In this document: piece by piece, positions 11,236-22,297 of the stretch | Numbering within the stretch: the first letter of the stretch is position 1 | Layout: each line of letters begins with the position of its first letter | Assembly: GCA_965243135.1 (NCBI GenBank) | Contig: OZ251539.1 | Coordinates: forward strand, 1,984,001-2,048,000 | From: Alphaproteobacteria bacterium | Lineage (GTDB): Bacteria; Pseudomonadota; Alphaproteobacteria; MPNO01; UBA830 | DNA: 64,000 nt | Reading direction: 5' to 3' | Notes under the pieces: model-generated | Database searches by the model: none | The model's input: only the letters and a program-made list of their open reading frames with translations | Told to the model about the DNA's origin: nothing | Made by a program: the position numbers and the translations under genes

Positions 11236-11270
11236 TCGAAGAGGGTAGGCCGCCGCGCCGGAGCCGTCAA
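11236..11270 (-). promoter_or_regulatory. Putative leaderless sigma70 promoter of copy A
   Basis: TTGACG-N17-TACCCT-N6-ATG, no Shine-Dalgarno; same module upstream of the other copies. Confidence 0.6.
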
Positions 11271-11890
11271 GAAGTCGGCGGCGGCAGGCGCGTCCCCTGG
11301 CGCGGCAAGCAGCCGGCAGTTTCCGCAGCGGTACGGCGGGGAAAGCGCGGAGGCGAGCGAAGCTGTCGCTCCGCGGAAATCCTGCTCCGCCGAGGCGAGC
11401 GCGTTCGACGCGCTCAACGCGCGGCCTGGAGGCCGCGGGCGAACGCCGACGGAAGACGCCGCCGCCAAAGGCGACGCGCGTCGACAACGACGCCGGCTTC
11501 GCGAGCCTCGACGGCAAGGTCGACGCCCTCGCCGCGGAAACCGGGGCCGACGCAACGCGACGGCAAGCGCCCTCGCCAGGGAAAGCCGCGCGCCGACGAT
11601 TGTCGCGGCAGGCCTCGCACCTGCAGCTGGTTCGGCGCCGGAGGCGCGCGACGACATGCGCCGCAAGCGGCGAGACGCCTGAACGTCGGGCAGCGGTTCC
11701 GTCGAACGAGAGCGTCGTCCGGTCGAGCGAGCGGACTTCCGCCGCCGAAAACCATGGCTCGTTCGAAGCCGTCAACCGAAGCGGCTCGCGAAAGCGAAAC
11801 CGGAAACGGCGGCGGCGGGCGTTGGCCCCCGTTTTTGAACTCACCCGCCTGACCTCTCCGCAACATGAAAACGGTCGATCAGCCACCACG
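11236..11890. repeat. Left arm of a long inverted repeat (upstream of copy A); contains a decayed DUF1640-like ORF
   Basis: Co-linear reverse-complement homology to 26908-27565; AFDALNA...GFASLDGKVDALAAET remnant on + strand at ~11400-11640. Confidence 0.8.
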
Positions 11891-11914
11891 CGCGTTGCGC
11901 TTCAAACTTGAAGG

Positions 11915-12062
11915 GGCGATCCGGGGAAGGCGGCTTAGGACCGGCGATCTCGGTTGCTTCGACGAAGACGGGTTCCCGACCGTCACCGGGCGAACCCGGG
12001 ACGTCATCATCCAGGGCGGGGTCAACATTTCTCCGCTGGAGATCGACAACGCGCTGGTTTCT
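11915..12062 (+). pseudogene. Fragment of an AMP-binding (acyl-CoA synthetase-like) gene
   Basis: LRTGDLGCFDEDG..TVTGRTRDVIIQGGVNISPLEIDNAL signature; cut by an intron 5' end. Confidence 0.75.
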
Positions 12063-12173
12063 GTGCGCCGTGGAAAGGCGCTTTCTTCTGGTGGGTGCGA
12101 ATCCCACCCAACAACTGTCGTTCCGGTCAGCCAGGGCGGTTTACGGAGCGTAGGCTGAAGCACTCTGGACAAA
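12063..12173 (+). mobile_element. 5' fragment of the group II intron
   Basis: GTGCGCCGTGGAAAGGCGC..., near-identical to the 5' end of the 6194-8112 intron; ends at a MITE. Confidence 0.85.
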
Positions 12174-12614
12174 CGCTCATGATCGGCGCCTGCTCGCCCC
12201 GTAGCATGTAACTGGTGGTTTTGCTGGCGTCGCGCCGCTCGCCGACATAACCGTTCCGGGTTCGGGCGTCGCGGCGCGAAAACAGGGCTATACGGGGCTG
12301 CCCTCAGCGTCACGCTCCTCTCGAACGGCCAGTGCCGCCGCGAAAAAATCTTCGATTCGCGGAACGGTTTTGTGTGGCCGGCAGTTCGGGGTAGTTACAC
12401 AGCAAACGCTCATGATCGGCGCCTGTTCATCCCGTAGCATGTAACTTTGGGTATGGTTCTCCCGGCCTCGCGCCGCTCGCCGACATAACCGTTCCGCGTT
12501 CGGGCGTCGCGGCGTGAAGACAGGGCTATACTCAGCGTCACGCTCCTCTCGAACGGCGAGCGCCGCCGCGAAAAAATCTCGCGGAACGGTTTCGTGCGGC
12601 CGGCAGCTTGGGGT
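12174..12614 (+). mobile_element. Two tandem MITE-like repeats (copies 3 and 4)
   Basis: 12174-12403 complete (230 bp) and 12407-~12614 lacking the right end, joined by AAA. Confidence 0.85.
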
Positions 12615-13556
12615 TAGCCCGCAACCCGAGTCCAGCCCCCTGATTCGCTCTGATGCGGGTTAGGGTCCGCACCAAACGGAAGGCGGGCAGCAGGACACAA
12701 ATCGGGGGCGCGATTGCGCTTCGCTGTCGTCGGCACCTTGCTGGCGGCGCTCCCAACCGCTGTCCCGTGGCGCAATCTTCCGCGCGGCGGCGCCGGGCGC
12801 GGCCGGCGGTTCGCCCTCTGCGGGGCGGACGAAGCGCCGGGCGCGGGCGTAAAGCCGAGGTAGCGGGAAGGCGTTCTCGGCCCTCGCCGGCGTCGGGTTC
12901 GCGGAGGACGGACCTGACGTTCGGGAGTCGGGAACAGGGGCGGTTCGAGAGACTGCGGAGCGGCGAATGGACCGGCGCTGCGGCGGCGGCGGAGACGGCG
13001 CGCGTCAAACCCTCGTTCCGGGCCGCGTTCGCCGCCCGCCGGCTGACCGTTCCCGGTTTCCGAACTCCCCAGCGCCGGCGAAGCCGGTCCGGACGTCGCG
13101 CCCGCGCGTCCCCAGGAGTTCGGGGCCTGCCGGGCGAGGCCCGCCGGCGCGGGGACTGCCTGCCGACGACCCACGCTCTGCCCCCCGCCTACGCTTTCCG
13201 CCCGGCCCTTCCGGCCAACCGCAACGGATTCCGGGCCCCGGCTACGTCCCCGCCGTCTTGGTCGCCCTCGACGAGGCCGGGCGCTTCTGCGACAGGCTCG
13301 ACGAACGCCTCGACCGCGCGGCATGGACGGAACTCGCCGGACGGCCCATGTTCGCCGGCAAGAGCCGGGCGCCCGCGCAAGCCCCCGGGGAGGAACCGCC
13401 GCGGAAACTGCCGGCTGCTTCTCGCGCGACGCAGACAGGCCTGCCGCCCAGGGCGAATTCAAGAATGGCCATTGCCAAGCGCTGCCCGCGAGGAGGAGGC
13501 GGCAGCGGCCTTTCGCGAAGGCGCCGCCTGCGTCCGAACGGGAACGGCGCCCGGCT

Positions 13557-15098
13557 TCAGACGGTCTCGAACTCGAACCCGACGATGTTGCGCTCCTCCC
13601 GGCCGAACTCCACCCCGATCAGGTGGACCGGCACGCCCGGACGCCGGTACTTGTCCGCGTAGCCGCGCTCCCGAATCTGCGCCAGCGCCCGCCCCTTTCC
13701 GTCCGCGACCTTGAACTCGAACAGGTAGACGTTGCCGTCGTACAGGACCGTAAGGTCCGAGCGGCCGCGCGCCGAGCTCTCCTCGGCGCGGACGTCCATC
13801 CCCGCCGCCACGAAGTGCGAGTAGAACACGCTCGCGTAGTGCGCTTCGTAGCCCGCCATGCCCGTGTTCGCGTACCACTCGTTCGGAATGCTCGCCAGGA
13901 ACGCCCGGAACAGATTTTCGAGGCCCGCGAAGTCGTTCGCCCGCATCAGGCGGCGCAACTCCCGGCTCTCCGCCGCGACCGTGACCTCCGGCGCCATCGC
14001 CTTCAGCAGAAGCGCGTTCAGGCTGCGCTTCACCTCCTGGTTCGGGTAGTCCAGCCGGTAGAGGCGCGTGTCCTCGTCCCGCTCCTCGTCGGCGATGGTC
14101 AGGTAGCCGGTCTGGAACAGCAACGCCTCGACGGGAATGCGATCGACGTCGATGGCCGACAGCAGGTCGTCGTCCGTGACCAGATCCTCCAGGGCCGGCG
14201 GCGCGAACCGGCGCCGCGACAGAAGGTCGGCGAGGAAGGTCGGCGTGCCGGTCCGGAACCAGTGCGCCTCGAACTGGCGGCACCGGAAAAGCAGCAGGAC
14301 ATCGTACGGGTTGTAGAGTTTCTCCGCGCCTCGCCAGTTGTAGCCGTTGTACCAGCGGCGGACCTCGTCCCGGTCCAGGCCGTCGAGTTCCGGGGCGAAG
14401 ACCGCGTCCAGGTCCGCGTCCGTGTAGCCGCAGATGGACGAGAACTCCGGCTCCAGCGTGATGTCGATCAGGTTGTTCAGGCCCGAGAACAGGCCCGCCT
14501 GCGAGAACTTGCTCACGCCGGTAAGGAAGGCGAACCGGATATGCGCGTCGCAGTCCTTGACGACGCTGTAGAAGCCGCGCAGGAAGTCGCGGTTGGCCAG
14601 CGCCCGTTCCCGGTCGCCGAGCGCGTCCAGAATCGGCTTGTCGTATTCGTCGACCAGAACGACCGTCCGCTGCCCTGCGCGCTCGTGCAGCGTCCTTATC
14701 AGGCGCCGGAAACGGACCGCCGCCCCGGCGGGGCCCGGTTCGAGGCCGGCCAGCCGTTCCGTTTCCTCCAACTGGTCTTCCACGTTTTCCCGAACGAGGT
14801 CCGGGGAGTCGAAATTGCCCCCGCCGAAGCTGATCCGCACGACAGGATGACGTATCGACCAGTCCCACTTGCCGTGCACGGCGAGGCCCCGGAACAGCTC
14901 CTCGCTTCCTTCGAACAACTCCTGCAGCGTGTCCACAAGCAGGGTCTTGCCGAACCGGCGCGGACGCGACAGAAAATAATATTGACCGCCCTCGACAAGG
15001 CGGCGCACATGGTCCGTCTTGTCGACGTAGTAGCAGTCCATCTCCCCCCGGATTTTCCGGAGGGAGGTCAAGCCGATCGGGAGCATGCGTTTCGCCAT
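13557..15098 (-). CDS. AAA-ATPase-like + PD-(D/E)XK nuclease protein, copy B (second C-terminal type)
   Basis: Same Walker motifs; divergent C-terminal half (AEESSARGRSDLTV...YLFEFK); 513 aa, intact. Confidence 0.92.
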   Translation of the reverse strand: MAKRMLPIGLTSLRKIRGEMDCYYVDKTDHVRRLVEGGQYYFLSRPRRFGKTLLVDTLQELFEGSEELFRGLAVHGKWDWSIRHPVVRISFGGGNFDSPDLVRENVEDQLEETERLAGLEPGPAGAAVRFRRLIRTLHERAGQRTVVLVDEYDKPILDALGDRERALANRDFLRGFYSVVKDCDAHIRFAFLTGVSKFSQAGLFSGLNNLIDITLEPEFSSICGYTDADLDAVFAPELDGLDRDEVRRWYNGYNWRGAEKLYNPYDVLLLFRCRQFEAHWFRTGTPTFLADLLSRRRFAPPALEDLVTDDDLLSAIDVDRIPVEALLFQTGYLTIADEERDEDTRLYRLDYPNQEVKRSLNALLLKAMAPEVTVAAESRELRRLMRANDFAGLENLFRAFLASIPNEWYANTGMAGYEAHYASVFYSHFVAAGMDVRAEESSARGRSDLTVLYDGNVYLFEFKVADGKGRALAQIRERGYADKYRRPGVPVHLIGVEFGREERNIVGFEFETV

Positions 15099-15370
15099 TC
15101 GAAGAGGGTAGGCCGCCGCGCCGGAGCCGTCAAGGAGCCGGCGGTCGCAAGCAGGGCGAGGAACGGGGCGGTCATGGCCAAGCGCTGCCCGCGAGGCGGC
15201 AGCGGTGCGGGAAGCGGCAGCGTCGGGAGGTCAAGTGTAAGCGGTAACCGGCAGTTTCAGGTGCAAAGCCGCGCCTGAAAGGAAGGCGTTTCCGTTCCAC
15301 GCCTGGTCAGGCCGGAAAATGCCGCGTGCTTTCAAGCGGTTCCGCAGCACCATGTCGTGGCCCGTCAGCG
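15099..15370. repeat. Upstream/promoter block duplicated before copies B and C
   Basis: Near-identical to 18275-18550; includes TTGACG-N17-TACCCT-N6-ATG on the minus strand. Confidence 0.85.
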
Positions 15371-15708
15371 TTCGCGTAAGCGTTCGCTACCCGGAGGACG
15401 AAAAAATTTCGTCCCGGGACCGGACACGGGATCCTTCGCCCCTTTTGCTGCGACCGACGGACGAGGGGCTTTGCCGCCGGCAACGGCCCGGCGGGACGAG
15501 GCGCGCCCGGAAGCGGAAACGTCGCGCGGAGGCAGGCCGGCAAGCGACGTTACGGAGAACGCAGCAGGCGCGCCGAGGCGGCGCGCAACGAGCCGCCTGA
15601 AGTCGGCCTCTTCGGCGAACGAGCGGGCCGCCCGCGGCGAAGCCGAGGGAGCGCATCGACGAACGCGGCAGTCGCTCGACTTCGATGTCTCGCCGACGGG
15701 GAAGGGCG

Positions 15709-16030
15709 TCAGGCGCCCTTCGTTCCCGCCCCGTCGTCCGTCGGCGTCGTCCGTCGGCGTCGTTCGTTCGGCGACGGTTTCCGGCGCGGCGGTCTGGCAG
15801 CGCCTTGAGCGCCGTTATGCTCTCCTCGTGGCGGCGTTCTTCGGCTTCGCGCTGCTGCTGCATGGCTGCGCGCTGCTGCTGCATGGCTGCGCTCTGCTGC
15901 TGCGTAGCCGCGCGCTGTTGTTGCCCGCGTTCGTCGCTGGCGCGGACGCCATACGCCGACGGCCGCGACAGCGGCCGCGAGCGCGTTGACGGAAGCGACG
16001 GCGAGATTAGCGATCACGAAGGCACTCATG
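15709..16030 (-). pseudogene. Small hydrophobic-N-terminus/coiled-coil protein family, copy 2
   Basis: MSAFVIANLAVASVNALAAAVAAVGVW, then out-of-frame AAMQQQR repeats and EERRHEESITALKAL. Confidence 0.55.
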
Positions 16031-16178
16031 AGCGTCCTTTCCGGAGACCGGAGACCCGCAGCGCCGGTCGTCAAGGGAGACGTTTGCGCGAGCCGTTTGC
16101 GCTGCGCCACTTTTTGTCGGCCTGCCGCCCGGACGACGCCCCGCAAGGGCCTCGCGGGTGCTCGGTCTTCAGAACAAA

Positions 16179-16413
16179 CTCTCATGATCGGCGCCTGCTC
16201 ACCCCGTAGCATGTAACTTTGGGTATGGTCCTCCCGGCCTCACGCCGCTATCATGTGCCGACATAACCGTTCCGCGTTCGGGCGTCGCGGCGTGAAGACA
16301 GGGCTATACGGGGCAGCCCTCAGCGTCGCGCTCCTCTCGAACGGCAAACGCCGCCGCGAAAAAATCTCGCGGAACGGTTTTGCGTGGCCTGCGGCTCGGG
16401 GTAGTTACACAAC
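16179..16413 (+). mobile_element. MITE-like repeat copy 5
   Basis: CTCTCATGATCGGCGCC...GTAGTTACACAAC flanked by AAA on both sides. Confidence 0.85.
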
Positions 16414-16749
16414 AAAGGCGAGTGTTGCCGCACCGCAAACCCGGTGCAAGCCGGGCCGTGGCCTAGCAGGCGGTCAGGGGCGGCGCCCGGCCGGCCGTGG
16501 GGTGCTGTGAAAATCGCGGTCCCGGCGCGAAGAATTCGCAGTTTCCCGTACCCGAGGAAAAAATTCCGCACCCCGGAAAGCCGTCCGCATTTCAAGGCGT
16601 TGCGGACAGCGCACGCGGCTCACCCGTTGACAGGGCGAATTCAAGAATGGCGCGTTCATCGCCAAGCGCTGCCCGCGAAGAGAAGGCGGCAGCGGCCTTT
16701 CGCGAAGGCGCCGCCTGCCGAAAGGTACGAACGGGAACGGCTCCCGGCT

Positions 16750-18274
16750 TCAGACGGTCTCGAACCCGACGATGTTGCGCTCCTCCCGGCCGAACTCGAT
16801 CAGGTGGACCGGCACGCCCGGACGCCGGTGCTTGTCCGCGTAGCCGCGCTCCCGTATCTGCGCCAGCGCCCGGCCTTCCGGCCTCCCGTCCACGACCTTG
16901 AACTCGAACAGGTAGACGCCGCCGCCGTACAGGACCGCCAGATCCGAGCGGCCGCGCGCCGTGCTCTCCTCCGCGCGGACGTCCATCCCCGCCGCCACGA
17001 AGTGCGAGTAGAGCACGCTCGCGTAGTGCGCCCCGGCCAGGCCCGTGTTCGCGTACCACTCGTTCGGGATGCTCGCCAGCAACGCCCGGAACTGCCGCTC
17101 GAGGCCCGCGAAGTCGTTCGCGCGCATCAGGCGGCGCAGCTCCTGGCTCTCCGCCGCGACCGCGATGTCCGGCGCCATCGTCTGCAGCAGGAGCTCGTTC
17201 AGGCTCCGCCTCACCTCCTGGTTCGGGTAGTCCAGCCGGTAGAGGAGCGCGTCGTCGTCCCGCTTCTCGTCGACGATGGTCAGATAACCGGTCTGGAACA
17301 AAAGCGTCTCGACGGGAATGCGGTCGACGTCGAGGGCCGACAACAGCGCGGCGTTCGCGACCGCGCCCTCCAGGGCCGGCGCCGAGACCCGGCGCCGCGC
17401 CAGAAGGTCGGCGAGGAAGGTCGGCGTGCCGGTCTGGAACCAGTGCTCATCGAACTCGCGCGTTTCGAAGAGAAGGAGGATGTCGAACGGGTTGTAGACC
17501 CTCTCCGGCCCGCGCCAGTTGTAGCCGTTGTACCAGCGGCGGACCTTCTCCCGGTCCAGGCCCTCGAGCTCCGGGGCGAAGACGGCGTCCAGCTCGTCGT
17601 CCGTGTAGCCGCAGATGGCGCCGAAACGCGGGTCGAGGGTGATGTCGCGCAGGTTGTTCAGGCCCGAGAACAGGCCCGCATGCGAGAACTTGCTCACGCC
17701 GGTAAGGAAGGCGAACCGGACATGCGCGTCGCAGTCCTTGACGACGCTGTAGAAGCCGCGCAGGAAGTCGCGGTTGGCCAGCGCCAGTTCCCGGTCGCCG
17801 AGCGCGGACCGGCTTGTCGTATTCGTCCACCAGAACGACCGTCCGCTGCCCTGCGCGCTCGTGCAGCGTCCTTATCAGGCGCCGGAAACGGACCGCCGCC
17901 CCGGCGGGGCCCGGTTCGAGGCCGGCCAGCCGCTCCGTTTCCTCCAACTGGTCTTCCACGTTTTCCCGAATGTGGTCCGGGGAGTCGAAATTGCCCCCGC
18001 CGAAGCTGATCCGCACGACAGGATGACGTATCGACCAGTCCCACTTGCCGTGCACGGCGAGGCCCCGGAACAGCTCCTCGCTTCCCTCGAACAGCTTCTG
18101 CAGCGTGTCCACCAGCAGGGTCTTGCCGAACCGGCGCGGACGCGACAGAAAATAATATTGACCACCCTCGACAAGGCGGCGCACATGGTCCGTCTTGTCG
18201 ACGTAGTAGCAGTCCATCTCCCCCCGGATTTTCCGGAGGGAGGTCAAGCCGATCGGCAGCATGCGTTTCGTCAT
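16750..18274 (-). pseudogene. AAA-ATPase-like + PD-(D/E)XK nuclease protein, copy C (frameshift near 17805)
   Basis: ORFs 17447-18274 and 16750-17697 together give a full-length paralog of copy B type. Confidence 0.88.
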
Positions 18275-18540
18275 TCGAAGAGGGTAGGCCGCCGCGCCGG
18301 AGCCGTCAAGGAGCCGGCGGTCGCAAGCAGGGCGAGGAACGGGGCGGTCATGGCCAAGCGCTGCCCGCGAGGCGGCAGCGGTGCGGGAAGCGGCAGCGTC
18401 GAGAGGTCAAGTGTAAGCGGTAACCGGCAGTTTCAGGTGCAAAGCCGCGCCTGAAAGGAAGGCGTTTCCGTTTCACGCCTGGTCAGGCCGGAAAATGCCG
18501 CGTGCTTTCAAGCAGTTCCGCAGCACCATGTCGTGGTCCG

Positions 18541-18565
18541 GTAAGCGTTCGGTCGCGGGGTGACC
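18541..18565 (+). mobile_element. Orphan IS66-type terminal inverted repeat
   Basis: GTAAGCGTTCGGTCGCGGGG matches the ends at 22047, 24840 and 26230. Confidence 0.6.
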
Positions 18566-18870
18566 TGCCTGTTCCGCCTCCAGGCGGGCTCACGCTGGTT
18601 GCATGTTTCCTCAGGCTTTCCGCCCATGGCCGAACCCTGGAGGTTCGACGGGTTCGCTTCGCTCGACCGGACGACGCTCCCGTTCGACGGAACCGCAGCC
18701 TGGAGTTCAGGCGTTTCGCCGCTTGCGGCGCGCGCCGCCCATGCTGCCGCCCCGAGGACGGAGCCTGGCGATGAACGCCGCCGCCCCGTTCTCGCCCTGG
18801 CGCAAACGTCTCTCTTGAGTTCGCATCGGCACCGCGGATACTTCCGGAACCTTCTCTGGCAAGGACGCTT

Positions 18871-19241
18871 ATGACCGCCTTCGAGATCGCCAACCTCGCC
18901 GTCGCTTCCGTCAACGCGCTCGCGGACGCCGTCGCGGCCGTCGGCGTATGGCCGCGATGGTCCGCGCCAGCGACGAACGCGGGCAGCAGCAGAGCGCAGC
19001 CATGCGGCAGCGGCGCGAAGCCGACGAACGCCGCCACGAGGAAGCGATGGAACGGCAGCGCGCGGCCATGCAGCAGCAGAGCGCAGCCATGCGGCAGCGG
19101 CGCGAAGCCGACGAACGCCGCCACGAGGAGAGCATGACGGCGCTCAAGGCGCTGATAGCCGGCCGCCGGACCGCCGTGCCGGAAACCGTTGCCGAACGAA
19201 CGACGCCGACGGACGACGGGGCGGGAACGAAGGGCGCCTGA
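18871..19241 (+). pseudogene. Small hydrophobic-N-terminus/coiled-coil protein family, copy 3
   Basis: MTAFEIANLAVASVNAL...VGVW then frameshift into QQQSAAMRQRREADERRHEE (two copies) ...TALKALIA...GTKGA*. Confidence 0.6.
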
Positions 19242-19284
19242 CGCCCTTCCCCGCCGGCGAGACCTCGAAGTCGAGCGACTGTCG

Positions 19285-19515
19285 CGGTCGCGCGGGGCGC
19301 AAGCCCCCGCGCCGGGCGCTGCACGGCTCGCGCCACGAGTGGGCGCCGGCAGTGAGCGTCACTATGGACGACGACGCCAGCGAACCGGCCTTCTTCGTCG
19401 CCGAGGAAGGCGCCATGTCGACTTTCCAGGCGTTTCGCGAGTTGGTCGGCGTGCGCGGGCTGTTCCGCTCGCTCTACCGCGGCAGCCACTGCTTCCGCAC
19501 GCCCGAGGCCGGCTC
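19285..19515 (+). mobile_element. Internal fragment of the IS1202-like transposase
   Basis: Homologous to ~3340-3600 (MDDDASE..FFVAEEG, SLYRGSH). Confidence 0.75.
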
Positions 19516-19638
19516 AGCTTCGGCAGGGGCAATTTCGTCGTCCCGGACGGGGTAACCGTGGAACGGCAGCTGGCGACGGCGGAGAGACACGCCGGCCTCG
19601 AACCCGTCGAGGCCCGTTTCGGGGAACTGATCAGGGGC
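19512..19638 (+). pseudogene. Isolated fragment of the AAA-nuclease variable block
   Basis: LSFGRGNFVVPDGVTVERQLATAERHAGLEP.EARFGELIRG aligns to the region between Walker A and B. Confidence 0.65.
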
Positions 19639-19862
19639 TTCCATGCGTGCCGGCGCCCCGGCGGAAACGGTCGGTGCTTTCGTCGTTCTCTTCCCGACCG
19701 TCGGCGGCTTTCCCCTGTCCTCGGGAGGGTCAATTTCCGCATTGCTCGTTTCGAGGCCTGGTTCACTGCTCGTTCCGGCCCGCATGTTCGCTGAGCGGCC
19801 CTCGCCGCCCGTCTGCCAGAGTGCTTCAGCCTACGCCTCCGTAAACCGCTCTGGCTGACCGG
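19639..19862 (-). mobile_element. Domain I fragment of a sibling group II intron
   Basis: Homologous to ~7810-8050 but with a different EBS1-loop sequence. Confidence 0.8.
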
Positions 19863-20107
19863 AAAATCCCGCTAATGCCACTTCCGTCTCGACTGTTTCA
19901 CGAACGAAGCGGAGCTGCTTGTCGCAAACCTTGACCGTCCCGTACGGGCAGCGCAGGAAGTCTCGGTTGGCCAGCGCCAGTTCCCGGTCGCCGACCGCGT
20001 CCGGAATTGGCTTGTTCGTCCACCGGAACGACGACCTGTTGCCCGGTACGCTCGTGCGGCGTCAGGTGCCGGAAACGGATCGCCGCCGCGCTCGGTGCCG
20101 CCGCCCG

Positions 20108-22046
20108 TCATTCGAGGCTTTTGAGGTTTCGTTCCGCTTCTCGGGCCAGTTTCACGTTGCCTGCCTTTTGGGCAAGAGCAATGGCAACCTCGAAATCCTG
20201 CCGCGCCTGCCCTGTTCGGCCAAGGCCGCGATTTGCCGCCCCCCGGTTATTGTGGGCGTCCGCGTAATCCGGCATGAGCAGGATCGCTTGGTCGCAGTCC
20301 GCCAGCGCGTCATCATATTCATCGAGGCTGTTTCTCGACTCTGCGCGGTTGCTCCAGGCCTCGACGTAATCCGGACGCAGCCGAATTGCCGCGTCGTAAT
20401 CTTCGATCGCTTCCAAAAAACGGGCAAGATGGTGCTTTGCTGCGCCCCGGTTGTTGTAGGCGTCCGCGAAATCCGGTTTGATCCGAAGCGCCTTGTCGCA
20501 ATCCGCGATGACTTCCTCGTACCGTCCGAGGCGATGTTTTGCCGAACCACGGCAGCAGTAGGCCTCGGCGAGGTCTGGAGCCAAACGGATCGCTTCGTCA
20601 TAGTCGATGATCGCTGCTTCGTGCTGTCCGAGTTCCTTCTTGGCGAGGCCGCGGTTGACGTAAACTTCTGCATAACCCGATCTCAGACGGATCGCCTCGT
20701 TGTAGTCGGCGATCGCAGCTTCATGCCGGCCGAGTTCCTTTTTGGCGTTGCCCCGGCTGAAATAGGCTTCTGCATAACCCGGTTTCAGTTGGATCGCTTC
20801 GTCGTAGTCGGCGATCGCCTCTTCGTGCCGGCCGAGTTCGTTCTGGGCGACGCCGCGGCTTAAATAGGCTTCGGCAAGGCCCGGATTGAGCCGGATCGCC
20901 TCGTCGTAGTCGGCGACCGCGGCGTCGTGCTGTCCGAGTTCCTTCTTGGCGACGCCGCGGTTGACGTAAACTTCTGCATAACCCGGTTTCAGACGGATCG
21001 CTTCGTCGTAGTCGGTGATCGCCTCTTCGTGCCGGCCGAGATTTGCCTTAGCGTTGCCCCGGTTGAAATGGGCTTCGGCAAAGCCCGGTTTCAGACGGAT
21101 CGCTTCGTCGTAGTCGGCGATCGCAGCTTCGTGCCGGCCAAAGCCGTCTTTCGCAGTGCCTCGTCCATTGTAGGCATTGGCGAAACCCGGCCTCAGACGG
21201 ATCGCTTCGTCATGGTCCGCCACCGCGTCCTCGTTCCGGCCGAGCGCGGATTTCGCAAGGCCGCGATTGGCGTAGGCCTCGGCATAGTCCGGCTTCAGAC
21301 GGATCGCCTCGTCGTAGTCCGCCACCGCGTCCTCGTTCCGGCCGAGCGCGAATTTCGCAAGGCCGCGATTGAGGTGAGGCTCCTCACGGTCCGGAGCCAG
21401 CCGGACGGCCTCGTCGTAGTCCTTGATCGCCTCCTCGTGCCGGTCGATCCGCCTCTTGGCGTTGCCGCGGTTGTAAAACGCTTCCGTGAAGTCGGACCTC
21501 AGCCGGATCGCCGCGCCGTAGTCTGCTATCGCCTCGTCTATCCGGTCGAGCCCACGCTGTGCGAGGGCGCGAAAAAAATATGCTTCGGCGACGTTGGGCC
21601 GTGCTTGGATGAATTTTCCGTATGCCGCGACCGCACTGGAGTAGTCATCCTGCGAAAAGAACAAGCTCGCCTGATGAAAGAGGGCATCGGGATCTTGCTC
21701 CTCCATAGAACCGGGACGGTCGATCGGAGATCGTACGTTTTCTCCCTGCGCGAAGCCGTACAGATCCCGGAAAAGAGTCGTTCCGCTGACGTCCAAACGC
21801 TTCAACATCTCCCGCAATTCCTGTTTATGCTGCCGCTGGATCAGGATTTCGCGGATGGCGTCCTTGGGAACTGACGGCCGTCCAATTATGAATACGCTGC
21901 GCTGCACCAGAATCCTCTGCATCGCATCGCCGCTGAGCGTGGGTTCCCAATACAACAGCGCGGATTCGTCCTCTCCAGGAGAAAATATTTCCTCGATATC
22001 CAGTCCCTCGTCCGCCCGCAACGCGCGCCCGATATCGTCCGTATTC
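20108..22046 (-). pseudogene. C-terminal part of an FRG-domain + TPR protein (15 TPRs), interrupted by IS66
   Basis: QRILVQRSVFII (FRG C-terminal motif), TLFRDLYGFA, then 15 consecutive 34-aa TPRs. Confidence 0.88.
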
Positions 22047-22297
22047 GTAAGCGTTCGGTCGTGGGGTGGCGACGTTGAGGCCTGCCTCCAGGCAGGGGCT
22101 TCAACCAGACGTCCTTGACCGGGAGGGCGCGTTCGTTTCGGGTACTGCCGCGGCCTACGCCGCCCCTCTGGTTGGCACCCGGCAACAGGTTTCTCGCGAA
22201 GTCCCGGAGAGTAAGCGTTCGGTTGCGAAGCGGGCTGTCGAGCCAGGCGAATCGCCCAGGCCTGGACACTCTTCTTTTGTTCTTGTATACGGCTGCC

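Noticed and set aside
12615-13450. Possible decayed gene (…GYVPAVLVALDEAGRFCDRLDERL…)
   Set aside because: Protein-like fragment, but no family could be recognised and the frames are broken.
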